The notes below the pieces were generated by a model, which did no database searches, was not told where the DNA came from, and was given only the letters and a program-made list of their open reading frames with translations. A DNA stretch of 64,000 bases from Bugula neritina (taxonomy: Eukaryota; Animalia; Bryozoa): positions 9,384,129-9,448,128 of the forward strand of contig OZ037769.1 of assembly GCA_964035545.1 (NCBI GenBank). Reading direction: 5' to 3'. Positions 1 through 13,040 of this stretch are shown here, piece after piece. The stretch's first letter is position 1; the number at the start of each line of letters is the position of its first letter. Made by a program: the position numbers and the translations under genes.

Positions 1-137
1 TTTTACTAATTTGTTTAGTGGCATAGAATGAGCTAAATACCTCAACAGTAGCACCTTCTGCTGCCTTATGGGATGACATATATTTTATACTAAATGAGTA
101 GCAGTTGGTAGATAGCATGAATGTTGAGTGATATGTG

Positions 138-3100
138 TACTGGGCTGTAGTAATATACTTGCTGTGTGGGCTGTAGTAATATACTTGCTGTGTGGGCTGT
201 AGTAATATATTTGCTGTGTGGGCTGTAGTATTATACTTGCTGTGTGGGCTGTAGTAATATACTTGCTGTGTGTACTGGGCTGTAGTAATATACTTGCTGT
301 GTGGGCTGTAGTAATATACTTGCTGTGTGGGCTGTAGTAATATACTTGCTGTGTGGGCTGTAGTATTATACTTGCTGTGTGGGCTGTAGTAGTATACTTG
401 CTGTGTGGGCTGTAGTAATATACTTGCTGTGTGGGCTGTAGTATTATACTTGCTGTGTGGGTTGTAGTAATATACTTGCTGTGTGGGCTGTAGTAATATA
501 CTTGCTGTGTGGGCTGTAGTAATATACTTGCTGTGTGTACTGGGCTGTAGTAATATACTTGCTGTGTGGGTTGTAGTAATATACTTGCTGTGTGGGTTGT
601 AGTAATATACTTGCTGTGTGGGCTGTAGTAATATACTTGCTGTGTGGGCTGTAGTAATATACTTGCTGTGTGTACTGGGCTGTAGTAATATACTTGCTGT
701 GTGGGCTGTAGTAATATACTTGCTGTGTGGGCTGTAGTAATATACTTGCTGTGTGGGCTGTAGTAATATACTTGCTGTGTGTACTGGGCTGTAGTATTAT
801 ACTTGCTGTGTGGGTTGTAGTAATATACTTGCTGTGTGTACTGGGCTGTAGTAATATACTTGCTGTGTGGGCTGTAGTAATATACTTGCTGTGTGGGCTG
901 TAGTAATATACTTGCTGTGTGGGCTGTAGTAATATACTTGCTGTGTGGGCTGTAGTAATATACTTGATATGTGTACTGGGCTGTAATATTATGCTTGCTG
1001 TGTGGGCTGTAGTATTATACTTGCTGTGTGGGCTGTAGTAATATACTTGCTGTGTGGGTTGTAGTAATATACTTGCTGTGTGGGCTGTAGTAGTATACTT
1101 GCTGTGTGGGCTGTAGTAATATACTTGCTGTGTGGGCTGTAGTATTATACTTGCTGTGTGGGTTGTAGTAATATACTTGCTGTGTGTACTGGGCTGTAGT
1201 AATATACTTGCTGTGTGGGCTGTAGTATTATACTTGCTGTGTGGGCTGTAGTAATATACTTGCTGTGTGGGCTGTAGTAATATACTTGCTGTGTGTACTG
1301 GGCTGTAGTAATATACTTGCTGTGTGTACTGGGCTGTAGTAATATTCTTGCTGTGTGTACTGGGCTGTAGTAATATACTTGCTGTGTGGGCTGTAGTAAT
1401 ATACTTGCTGTGTGGGCTGTAGTAATATACTTGCTGTGTGGGCTGTAGTAATATACTTGCTGTGTGGGCTGTAGTATTATACTTGCTGTGTGTACTGGGC
1501 TGTAGTAATATACTTGCTGTGTGGGCTGTAGTAATATACTTGCTGTGTGGGCTGTAGTATTATACTTGCTGTGTGGGCTGTAGTATTATACTTGATATGT
1601 GTACTGGGCTGTAGTATTATACTTGCTGTGTGTACTGGGCTGTAGTAATATACTTGCTGTGTGGGCTGTAGTAATATACTTGCTGTGTGTACTGGGCTGT
1701 AGTAATATACTTGCTGTGTGGGCTGTAGTAATATACTTGCTGTGTGGGCTGTAGTATTATACTTGCTGTGTGGGCTGTAGTAATATACATGCTGTGTGGG
1801 CTGTAGTAATATACTTGCTGTGTGTACTGGGCTGTAGTAATATACTTGCTGTGTGTACTGGGCTGTAGTAATATTCTTGCTGTGTGTACTGGGCTGTAGT
1901 AATATACTTGCTGTGTGGGCTGTAGTAATATACTTGCTGTGTGGGCTGTAGTAATATACTTGCTGTGTGGGCTGTAGTAATATACTTGCTGTGTGGGCTG
2001 TAGTAATATACTTGCTGTGTGGGCTGTAGTATTATACTTGATATGTGTACTGGGCTGTAGTATTATACTTGCTGTGTGTACTGGGCTGTAGTAATATACT
2101 TGCTGTGTGGGCTGTAGTAATATACTTGCTGTGTGGGCTGTAGTATTATACTTGATATGTGTACTGGGCTGTAGTATTATACTTGCTGTGTGGGCTGTAG
2201 TAATATACTTGCTGTGTGGGCTGTAGTAATATTCTTGCTGTGTGTACTGGGCTGTAGTAATATACTTGCTGTGTGGGCTGTAGTAATATACTTGCTGTGT
2301 GGGCTGTAGTAATATACTTGCTGTGTGGGCTGTAGTAATATTCTTGCTGTGTGTACTGGGCTGTAGTAATATACTTGCTGTGTGGGCTGTAGTAATATAC
2401 TTGCTGTGTGGGCTGTAGTAATATACTTGCTGTGTGTACTGGGCTGTAGTAATATACTTGCTGTGTGGGCTGTAGTAATATACTTGCTGTGTGGGCTGTA
2501 GTAATATACTTGCTGTGTGGGCTGTAGTAATATACTTGCTGTGTGGGCTGTAGTATTATACTTGATATGTGTACTGGGCTGTAGTATTATACTTGCTGTG
2601 TGGGTTGTAGTAATATACTTGCTGTGTGTACTGGGCTGTAGTAATATACTTGCTGTGTGGGCTGTAGTAATATACTTGCTGTGTGGGCTGTAGTAATATA
2701 CTTGCTGTGTGGGCTGTAGTAATATACTTGCTGTGTGGGCTGTAGTAATATACTTGATATGTGTACTGGGCTGTAATATTATGCTTGCTGTGTGGGCTGT
2801 AGTATTATACTTGCTGTGTGGGCTGTAGTAATATACTTGCTGTGTGGGTTGTAGTAATATACTTGCTGTGTGGGCTGTAGTAGTATACTTGCTGTGTGGG
2901 CTGTAGTAATATACTTGCTGTGTGGGCTGTAGTATTATACTTGCTGTGTGGGTTGTAGTAATATACTTGCTGTGTGGGCTGTAGTAATATACTTGCTGTG
3001 TGGGCTGTAGTAATATACTTGCTGTGTGGGCTGTAGTAATATACTTGCTGTGTGTACTGGGCTGTAGTAATATACTTGCTGTGTGTACTGGGCTGTAGTA

Positions 3101-4492
3101 ATATACTTGCTGTGTGGGCTGTAGTAATATACTTGCTGTGTGGGCTGTAGTAATATACTTGCTGTGTGGGCTGTAGTAATATACTTGCTGTGTGGGCTGT
3201 AGTATTATACTTGATATGTGTACTGGGCTGTAGTATTATACTTGCTGTGTGTACTGGGCTGTAGTAATATACTTGCTGTGTGGGCTGTAGTAATATACTT
3301 GCTGTGTGGGCTGTAGTATTATACTTGCTGTGTGGGCTGTAGTAATATACTCGCTGTGTGGGCTGTAGTATTATACTTGCTGTGTGGGCTGTAGTATTAT
3401 ACTTGATATGTGTACTGGGCTGTAGTATTATACTTGCTGTGTGTACTGGGCTGTAGTAATATACTTGCTGTGTGGGCTGTAGTAGTATACTTGCTGTGTG
3501 GGCTGTAGTATTATACTTGCTGTGTGGGCTGTAGTAATATACTTGCTGTGTGTACTGGGCTGTAGTAATATACTTGCTGTGTGGGCTGTAGTATTATACT
3601 TGCTGTGTGGGCTGTAGTAATATACTTGCTGTGTGGGCTGTAGTAATATACTTGCTGTGTGTACTGGGCTGTAGTAATATACTTGCTGTGTGGGCTGTAG
3701 TAATATACTTGCTGTGTGGGCTGTAGTATTATACTTGCTGTGTGGGCTGTAGTAATATACTTGCTGTGTGGGCTGTAGTAATATACTTGCTGTGTGGGCT
3801 GTAGTATTATACTTGATATGTGTACTGGGCTGTAGTATTATACTTGCTGTGTGGGCTGTAGTAGTATACTTGCTGTGTGGGCTGTAGTATTATACTTGCT
3901 GTGTGTACTGGGCTGTAGTAATATACTTGCTGTGTGGGCTGTAGTATTATACTTGCTGTGTGGGCTGTAGTAATATACTCGCTGTGTGGGCTGTAGTAAT
4001 ATACTTGCTGTGTGGGCTGTAGTATTATACTTGCTGTGTGGGCTGTAGTAATATACTCGCTGTGTGGGCTGTAGTAATATACTTGCTGTGTGGGCTGTAG
4101 TAATATACTTGATATGTGTACTGGGCTGTAGTATTATGTTTGCTGTGTGGGCTGTAGTAGTATACTTGCTGTGTGTGCTGTAGTATTATACTTGCTGTGT
4201 GGGTTGTAGTAATATACTTGCTGTGTGTACTGGGCTGTAGTAATATACTTGCTGTGTGGGCTGTAGTAGTATACTTGCTGTGTGGGCTGTAGTATTATGC
4301 TTGCTGTGTGGGCTGTAGTAATATACTTGCTGTGTGTGCTGTAGTATTATACTTGCTGTGTGGGCTGTAGTATTATACTTGCTGTGTGGGCTGTAGTATT
4401 ATACTTGCTGTGTGGGCTGTAGTATTATACTTGCTGTGTGGGCTGTAGTATTATACTTGCTGTGTGGGCTGTAGTATTATGCTTGCTGTGTG
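138..4492 (+). repeat. 4.35-kb intronic minisatellite, 26-bp unit GGGCTGTAGTAATATACTTGCTGTGT with 31-bp (+GTACT) variants
   Basis: Directly visible tandem array; ends about 10 nt before the acceptor TTTTTACAG at 4501. Confidence 0.97.
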
Positions 4493-4501
4493 TTTTTACA
4501 G

Positions 4502-7500
4502 ACCATCAGTTTAATGGACATGGAATCCTCAAGCAGAAGTCAACATCTAGTGTGTATATTGGTGAGTGGAAGAATGGTAGGAAACATGGCTACGGGGTAC
4601 TGGATATAAAAGGTGAGTGTTATTATAGCTATTAAATTTAGTGCTATAGAACTCTGCCTATGGTTCTTGTACGTAGAAAGAGTTACTATCTTTATGTACG
4701 GTTACTATATGCTGTCAATGTATATCTCACTGCCTATTACCACTCTACACTGACATTGTGTAATATTACTGTGTACTGTCATTATACACTGTTACTATAT
4801 ACTATCACTATAACTATGTTATTACATTTATCACCATAACTATGTTATCACATCTATCACTATCACTATGTTCTTATACTAGTACACTGGTATTTATTAC
4901 AGGAGAAAAGTACCTCGGTCAATGGTGTAGAGATACAAAACAAGGACCAGCTTTACAAATTACACTTGATGGCAGTTACATGGAGGGAACTTTTCATAAT
5001 AACAAACTCATTGTAAGTGGTGTGACTTGTATTTTCTACTACAACTACTGATAAAGGTTTAGTAGTAGGAGTGTTATGTTTACATTCTGTAAGTATAAGT
5101 TTATCCTTTTCACAATTGCATTACCATCACTATTAGTACCCCACAGCCAAGTTAGCCAACCCAACTTTCAAATCAATTAGCTACACTCAGATGACACTCC
5201 TTTATATATAAATTCCTATAACAATATGTGTTACAAGAGTTCATGATTTATAATTCAATAATTTTCTGTATTCTATATGTTGTTATGACACTAAACAATC
5301 ACAAAGTAAGCATGGACATATTTACTGAGAGTAAATGCTGACATATTTATAGAGTAAAGCCCACCTCAGAAAGGAGTTGCTTATACCTTTTACAAAGTTT
5401 TTCTAGAATTGTATAAAAAAATTTCAATTGACATGCTTATCACTGTCATATGGTCATTCTAAGAGTATTGTAGGAATCAATTTTACAATATAAGAATTAG
5501 TTTTTTAAAATATCTATATGATAATTTTTGTCGTTACTCATCTATATGTTAGTAATGTACTGGTGTATTTGAGCCTGGATATGCGGTGTGTTTAATTTGC
5601 TGGTTTTAAAATTCCAATCAAGGTTGAAATAGTTCATGAACCTTGAACTCTGCTCCAGGGTCAAGGACTGATCATGACGTCTGATGATACATATTATGAA
5701 GGCAGTTTCACGGGGCTGAACGAGGTGAATGGTAGGGGCGTCATGATGATGAGCACGGGTGACAGTATTACTGGCACATTTGATGGATCTTGGGCTACTG
5801 GTATCAAAGTGACCGGGGTGTACTCTAAAGCGCCCCCTGCTGAAGATACTGTAAGTTTATTCTCTACTTACTTCTTTCTCTTTCCTGGACTTTTAATGTT
5901 TTTGCTGTAAATCACTGGCTTCTCATTAAACATAATATAAAAGTAAGACAAATTCCAAACTCCCTCTGCTTAGTTTGAGCTCAGTATGCCCATAGGATTC
6001 ATGGTTTAAGTTAGTTATTCACCATTCTGGTAAACTGTGCTTAACTATAGACTGTTTGTGCAAAGCTTAGTGTCTTGATTTGGAATTTATACTCTTCCCT
6101 CCCTCAGAAGTAGTTACTTCCCATCACAGCTCTGTGTTGTCGTGTCTTTCAGGTTCGTCTCCCACAGCTCTTTGGGAAACTATCTACAGATCATGACTTA
6201 AAGTGGGTGGAGTTATTTCATCATTCTAAAGTTGCTCTCGGATGTGCAAGTGACAAAGCTGCTACTGAAGAAGATTGTGAAAAGGCGTGGGAAAAAGTAG
6301 CCATTCTCTTTGCTAGTTTACGAAGTAGAAATGCAAATCAAATGTAAGCTTCAATGAAAACAGTGCTACTAGTGTGCTGTGCAAGACCCTCTCACCTGAA
6401 GTAGAGTGAGGGAATCACCTGAAGTAGAGTGAGGGAAATGTTGTCTAATTTGAATAGATATAGTTATATTTTATTCACCTAAATGTAAAGACGTTGTTTT
6501 ATTTTAATTATGAATAAGCTAATAAAATGCTTAATGGAGATTTTTTGACTTGTGATCCAAATTGAAATTTGTTGAACTTTTGGAAATCAAAGCTTTCAAT
6601 CCAATCTTTTAAATGGATTAAATTAGTTTATTTGACAAATTGACTAGGTCAACAAGTACTCAAGTTACTAGTCCTAGTTAGTCTTGTCTTGTATTACACC
6701 AGCTGGTATGTCTAGTTTATCAAGTACTTACCTTTCAGGGTAAGCTAGCTCTGTGCTCAACGTTAGTTTAAATTATTATGCAGTTCTGCTAGCTGCATCT
6801 GTAGTGCGAATTTTGTACACGAGTTGGTCATAGCAGTGTGTTTACGTGCCTTCAAGTTGGGCTCTTTACTTTCTCTACAGCAGAAACTAAACATTCTTGA
6901 CTTTTGCAGCAAAAAGAAATTTTATGCGGAACAGCTTGAAAAGATTCCACCTCATAACCTTCCATCAATGTCACTGGAACATTACAGGTCTATACGGCAA
7001 TACCTGTTGAAGGTACGGCTGATGCACCATTCTCTCTGTACTGTTAATGGTAATTTCTAGTATGGCATAGAACAGTGTCCATATACACTAGTTAAGTGTG
7101 ATGTAAAGGTATGCGGGTACATATCTTTAGCTAGTTTAGTTCCATGGTCACTGTCTGCACTCACTGATGATGGTTATGTCTTTGTGTCACGTATGTTAGT
7201 GTATTTTCAGTTATATAGTAGTGAATGCCATAAGTCACCTTTTATAACAGATTGCTGTATTTCTTGTAATTATATTTTATAACTTCAAGTTTAGATTCTT
7301 TTTAACGGTACTTTTAGCTAATGAACTGTTAGCAGTGACTATTGTTATGGTTTCATGCTACTGTCTATGATATGGAGTTGTAGAAGCAATTTAGTAAGGC
7401 TGCTCAAAATTAGGATAAATTTACATGTAAACCATACGTGGAAAAAAGTTTCGAAATTGCTTTATTTCAGTCTGTGTAAAACTGCAAAAAATTGCAAGTA

Positions 7501-10500
7501 GAGAAGCTAAATAATTAGTCTTCTCAAACATTATGTGGTGATTCGTGCAGTAATTTTGAAGCAAATAAGTATGCTTTTTATATCAATATGGCCTTTGCAT
7601 TATCTTCCTCTCACAAGTTTATGAAACATTGATTAGGTTCTGTGTTTTTTAGGCATGTGAATGTGATTTTCACCCACTTGGACTACTACTCTCCAATCTA
7701 GTTGATGTATACAGAACTTCTTACTCGGGTACAGGCACACACCCGCGCCTCCTCACACATGCAAGAGAAGAACTTATGTCTATCACTCACAGATATTATG
7801 ATGTAATCAGGTCAGTTTTTATTTGTTAGAACGGAGTTTTATTTTGAGGGCAGAATTAGCAATGTAGGTAAAGATTATTGTTGTTTGACACTAGCTGCAT
7901 GTTTGCTTTCATAAGCTGCTCTATACTTTTCTATTTTATTTGAATCTATTTTTAATATCTAAATTTATTTTCACTCAAAAAAATGTGTTTGCTTTTCAAA
8001 TGCTAAAAGCATTGCTATTAGCAATTCTTTATTTTGGGCCATGTGCAGTATTATGATATTAGAATTGATGAGAGCAGAATATCATATTCTTGTATTTCTG
8101 TTTTATTCTGTTCGCTACGCTTTACAAACACAGATTGTACAGATGCAGTTTGGCACCGTGCTCTGAAAAGCCTACAGGTCTTAAAACTAGACACTGTTTA
8201 ATGAGTTGATATGTTTTATTATTAAAGTTAGATTTGTTTATAGTTGATAATTACTTGGGCTAATTGTATAGCTAAAATCTTATCATATATTTTTAGGAAT
8301 TTAAAAAGTTTCTTTAGTTTAATGAACTAAAATGGCGTAGTTAAATTCTTTCACCTTTGCTATTGCAAGTTTTATCTACTTTTTTCTCTCTGTATTTCTA
8401 CACTTCTTAAATAGGGTTCCCACATCCAGCTTGATTGGTCTCTATTTTTTCATTGATTGTCCTTTGCATTTCAGCATTATTCTGTAGTGGTTCCTTATAG
8501 ATATACTTTCCAGGTTGAAACAACCATAGTTTTTCCTTGGCTGAATCTACATACAGATTTATTGCGCCTGATAAATCTCATTTACCCAATAACGGCACTC
8601 ATCTCTTTTATTTGTAGCATAGCACACAACTAAGTTGATAAGCAAATACCACCTGTGAGTAATTTGTGTGTTGGTGTTTGCATTATTTGCGGTTTCTTGT
8701 TTTTAGAATCTTATTTCCGGAGCTGCCGGCTGAATGCTCTCCACAGAAAATACTCAGCAAGTCCTGCCTAGAGTTGACTAACAGTTCAGGTGATTCTGAG
8801 GCTACGACTTCCAGTCACATGACCAACAATAATATTGCACTGAGCAGTGAAATTCCACAGTCTGCAGAGATAGATAGGGACACCAAAGATTGGTAAAGTT
8901 TGCTTAGTGCTCTAGTTAGTAACATCGTGTGTCATATATTCAACATCATACATTGCATTGTCTGTTCAACACTTCCTAGTGCCTGTTGGTGATGCTTGTG
9001 GAAGTCTTGACTGACTGAATTGGTTGTATAAAATGCATCATAACTATTTCTAGGCATTGCATTGAAGTGTGAACCATTGTGATTACATGTTACCAGACCA
9101 GCATCATGTAGTGTTACTGTAGATCTTCAGTCACCTACAGATACAAAAGGTTAGTGACTCTAACATTCTGTGTGTTGCAGTGAGATCATCACACCAACTC
9201 TACTAATATTTCCGCTACTCATGCCAAAAGTTTATGAGCCTCTGTTCCATCTCTACGCTCTGCAAAATGAAGCGGCTGATGAGAAATACTGGTCGCGGGT
9301 GCAAAGGTTTAACAAGCAGTGTGACCTCACTCTCCTTTCCTATCTCGGTGTTCCTGAAAAGTTTTGGATTATCAAGGAAGGCAATTTCTTAGATGCTGAC
9401 TTAAATGTAAGTTAAATTAAAATGGTAGGTTGTTTTATAGTTACAATCTTCAAAATTGTGGATCTGAAATTTATTGTCCTACTTGGACATGCTTGTTTAC
9501 TGCCACACAATTTTGTTTTAATGAAAAGTTCACTAATAGAATTGTTAGTCTTTTAGCCACTTACTTAACTTGAAAATAATTTACCTTTTTATTTGTAAGT
9601 TTTGAAGTTGGTTACAAGCCGAATACTTTATGGCCTATGCTAAATTGTCTGCAGTGCAACAAACACCGTATTACCTTAGCTTATTGTTTTGCACCGACAA
9701 TAATCTACTATTGCAGTCTATGAGCATCAAGAATGGATGTTATGTTGAAGCTATTGAGATTCTTCAAAGATTGAGCACTTATCTGACACCAGCTGAAAAA
9801 CTGCAGTCATTGCAACTCACTTTTGATAAGATTAATACAGTAAGTTAACTAGTGATATATTAATATAGTAAGTTAACAAGTGATATATTAATATAGTAAG
9901 TTAACTAGTGATATAGTAATACAGTAAGTTAACAAGTGATATATTGATATAGTAAGTTAACTAGTGATATATTAATATAGTAAGTTAACAAGTGATATAT
10001 TGATATAGTAAGTTGACTAGTGATATATTAATATAGTAAGTTAACAAGTGATATATTAATATAGTAAGTTAACAAGTAATATATTGATATAATAAGTCAA
10101 TTTAACAGTAATAATGTTAGCCTAGGGCCACACTGTGCGTATTTTCGCATGCGAAAATTGAAACCACAAATAGCAAAGGTGTCCACTGTAGCGCCAGTGA
10201 TGCGTGATAAATAAAGCTTTCATTTTTAAATCGCACTCGCTTTCAATAAAACGCAATTTACTGGAATGTAGCACTAAAATAAAGAAATTGGGCTCGCTGA
10301 ATAACTACCAGCCAATTAGGTGACGACGACAGAGACGCTTCGCACTTGTGTTGAGAATGCTGAGCGACAAGTGCGAATGTTTTCTCAACGCTTACAGTGG
10401 ACACCTTTGCTACTTGTGATTTCAATTTTCGCATGCGAAAATACGCACAGTGTGGCCCTAGGCTTAATGGAGCTCCACAGGTTTTAGGATGACAAATGTA

Positions 10501-11170
10501 AGGAACTTAACCACTCAGTAACAACATTCAGTAACTATTAGGGGGGGGGGAGTAGATAAAAGGGGCAAGTGTCGGTTCTTAGACTATCTTATATACACTT
10601 TATCTGCAGTGCTACACTTTTCCTCAAACATTGCAATACTAGTGGAAAAACTCCAATAATCGCTGAGCCACAGTTATATTTATCCATACATATTTGGATG
10701 CGAAACTTTTAAAAAATTCACACTTGTATAGTTGTGTGTATGAAAAACAAAATAGTTTTAAATATATGTATCTATGTAACTTAATATAGTTGATGTGTCA
10801 ACAGCTATATTGTAATAGTGAAAAATTAGACTTTAGTTTAACGTAGAATTCTTACTCTGTCAAATTTAAACTTCCATAAATGAACCTCGAAGGACACTAA
10901 TTTGTGTTGCTTTTGTTCTTGTTTCTTAAGAAAGTTATATTTACTCAGGTGGTGAAAAATCATTTGACTGAGAAATTTGTGTGGAGCATGGATGACCTGT
11001 TTCCTGTCTTCCTATTTGTGGTGATCAGATCTAGACTCAGATACCTTGGCTCAGAAATTCAGCTGATGGATGATTTAATGGATGATCATTTAGAATATGG
11101 AGAGCTAGGGCTAATGTTTACTACATTGAAAGCCTGTCATTTACAAATTCAAACTGAAAGGTTGCTCTAA
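4502..11170 (+). CDS. ALS2: Alsin (ALS2) Rab5 GEF, 3' portion (MORN repeats, C-terminal VPS9 domain); 5' exons lie upstream of the window
   Basis: Phase-consistent GT-AG exons 4502-4612, 4903-5012, 5659-5850, 6153-6343, 6910-7012, 7653-7810, 8707-8892, 9181-9406, 9717-9839, 10949-11170(TAA). MORN motifs ([25 protein letters not shown]), [21 protein letters not shown] and [16 protein letters not shown]...[10 protein letters not shown] match the alsin C-terminus. Confidence 0.93.
6392..6437 (+). repeat. Perfect 23-bp tandem duplication (TCACCTGAAGTAGAGTGAGGGAA x2)
   Basis: Seen directly, about 50 nt inside an ALS2 intron. Confidence 0.9.
9832..10097 (+). repeat. 28-bp minisatellite (about 9.5 copies) spanning the ALS2 exon/donor junction
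   Basis: Unit TTAATAYA|GTAAGTTAACWAGTGATATA; GTAAGT at 9840, 9868, 9896 ... 10064 at exact 28-nt spacing. Confidence 0.95.
10120..10463. mobile_element. PIF/Harbinger-type MITE
   Basis: About 70-bp near-perfect TIRs (GCCTAGGGCCACACTGTGCGTATTTTCGCATGCGAAAATTGAAA...), TTA target duplication at 10117-10119 and 10464-10466, no ORF. Confidence 0.88.
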
Positions 11171-12437
11171 AAAGATGCAAACTAGTTTTCTATGGGTATG
11201 CTGCCAGGTGTTTGGTGTATATTTGCTGTTGCTCATCTACGCTTTCCATTCATTAAACAAATAGGAATATTGTAATATTCACAAGTAATAACTGTAAGTT
11301 ATTTTACTAAATTAATTTAGGGTATTTATTATATTGGCTCATTTAATGGCAAGTAATTAGCTACCATGTTTTCTAGCAATTCTGAATTATTCTTGAAAAG
11401 TGAGTCAGTTTCATAGATGAGTTATGAATAAATTGAAGTGTTGGGCATCTTATTTAGTATATGTGATACACTTTTTATACATTATTTCTTTATAAAATAG
11501 ACATTTGTTAGACTTTGGTAGCCCTTTATTATTTACCATTTTATCCATCTATTTATTTATTTAATTATAATGTAAGGCATATTCAACACAAACGATGCAT
11601 TACATGTAACTTATTCACTCTCTGTTTTCTTCACATTTCGTATGTACATAAACATAAATATAGCACTTCAAATTTAAATTGTAGCATTTCACTGGTCTGT
11701 ATTAAGCGTTATCATGAAAACATTATAATATAGTCTACACATAACATTTTACTGGTTTTATTACCATTGGACCTACACGTAACATACATTAACATGTGTA
11801 CACAGTTCATCCAGTTGCAATACAATTACATAATACTACCACATGGCTAATATGAGCAGCTCACTAGTACCGCAGTAGCATTAGCCTTGCTGCAGACAAG
11901 AACACACTAATCCACTTAGGATTAAAATAAAAAGTTTAAGTTTATTTTTATAATGACAAGAAAGGAGTAGAAGAAAATTTATGTGTTTTAAAGTTTATTA
12001 GTATCATTTTGCTCTGCACAGCCAAATAATTACATGTGTTTGATTAATACAATTATAATAAAATATCAAATAAATACTGCAGATGCCATGAAAATACTAA
12101 ACTGAGCACACAAAAAAGAGAACAAATGTTACAACATAATCTGTACATTGATATAAATATGTTATCACAAAATACCCCTTCAGCTGTTATATGACCAGCT
12201 TTTGTTCACATAACAGATCAAAGAGAGAAACAAGTGTATTCTAGAACATCACATATATTCTTAGACATCAACTCTCTACAGATAGCTAATCCAACAAGCA
12301 ACATGAAATATAAAATGCTTTTGACTTATTTAAAACACCCATCTAGTACATTTACTGGCAGGTATATGTGGTGCAGTTTTTTAGCTAACCAGACTCTTAA
12401 CAAAAGTGAAAAAAACTGAATAAATTTTACACTTATT

Positions 12438-12884
12438 GTAGTAGAGTCTATGTTAGTCATAGTGCAGTAGAGTCTATGTTAGTCATAGTAAGTAGAGTCT
12501 ATGTTAGTCATAGTGCAGTAGAGTCTATGTTAGTCATAGTAAGTAGAGTCTATGTTAGTCATAGTGCAGTAGAGTCTATGTTAGTCATAGTGAGTAGAGT
12601 CTATGTTAGTCATAGTGCAGTAGAGTCTATGTTAGTCATAGTGAGTAGAGTCTATGTTAGTCATAGTGCAGTAGAGTCTATGTTAGTCATACTGTAGTAG
12701 AGTATATGTTAGTCATACTGCAGTAGAGTATATGTTAGTCATACTGTAGTAGAGTATATGTTAGTCATACTGCAGTAGAGTATATGTTAGTCGTAAGTCA
12801 TAGTGCAGTAGAGTTTATGTTAGTCATACTGTAGTAGAGTATATGTTAGTCATACTGCAGTAGAGTATATGTTAGTCATAGTGC
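12438..12884 (+). repeat. 25/26-bp minisatellite (GTAGAGTCTATGTTAGTCATAGT+GCA/AA/GA), partly a 51-bp dimer, about 155 nt beyond the CCNY stop
   Basis: Direct; the 51-bp period explains the 17-aa repeat ORF at 12476-12697. Confidence 0.93.
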
Positions 12885-13040
12885 TGGCTAAACCACTTTA
12901 GTAACAGTGGCAAAAGCTGTATTGGTTGTAGAAGTCATCAAACTGATGGAGGAGGCATTAGCACTGACAATGGTACTACAGCCGTACCATGTAAAATCTC
13001 ACCACTACAACACCGTCATCACTATCAGAATATACATGTG

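Noticed and set aside
138-4492. CRISPR-like regular repeat array
   Set aside because: No unique spacers, eukaryotic intron context and no cas genes; the same applies to the other arrays
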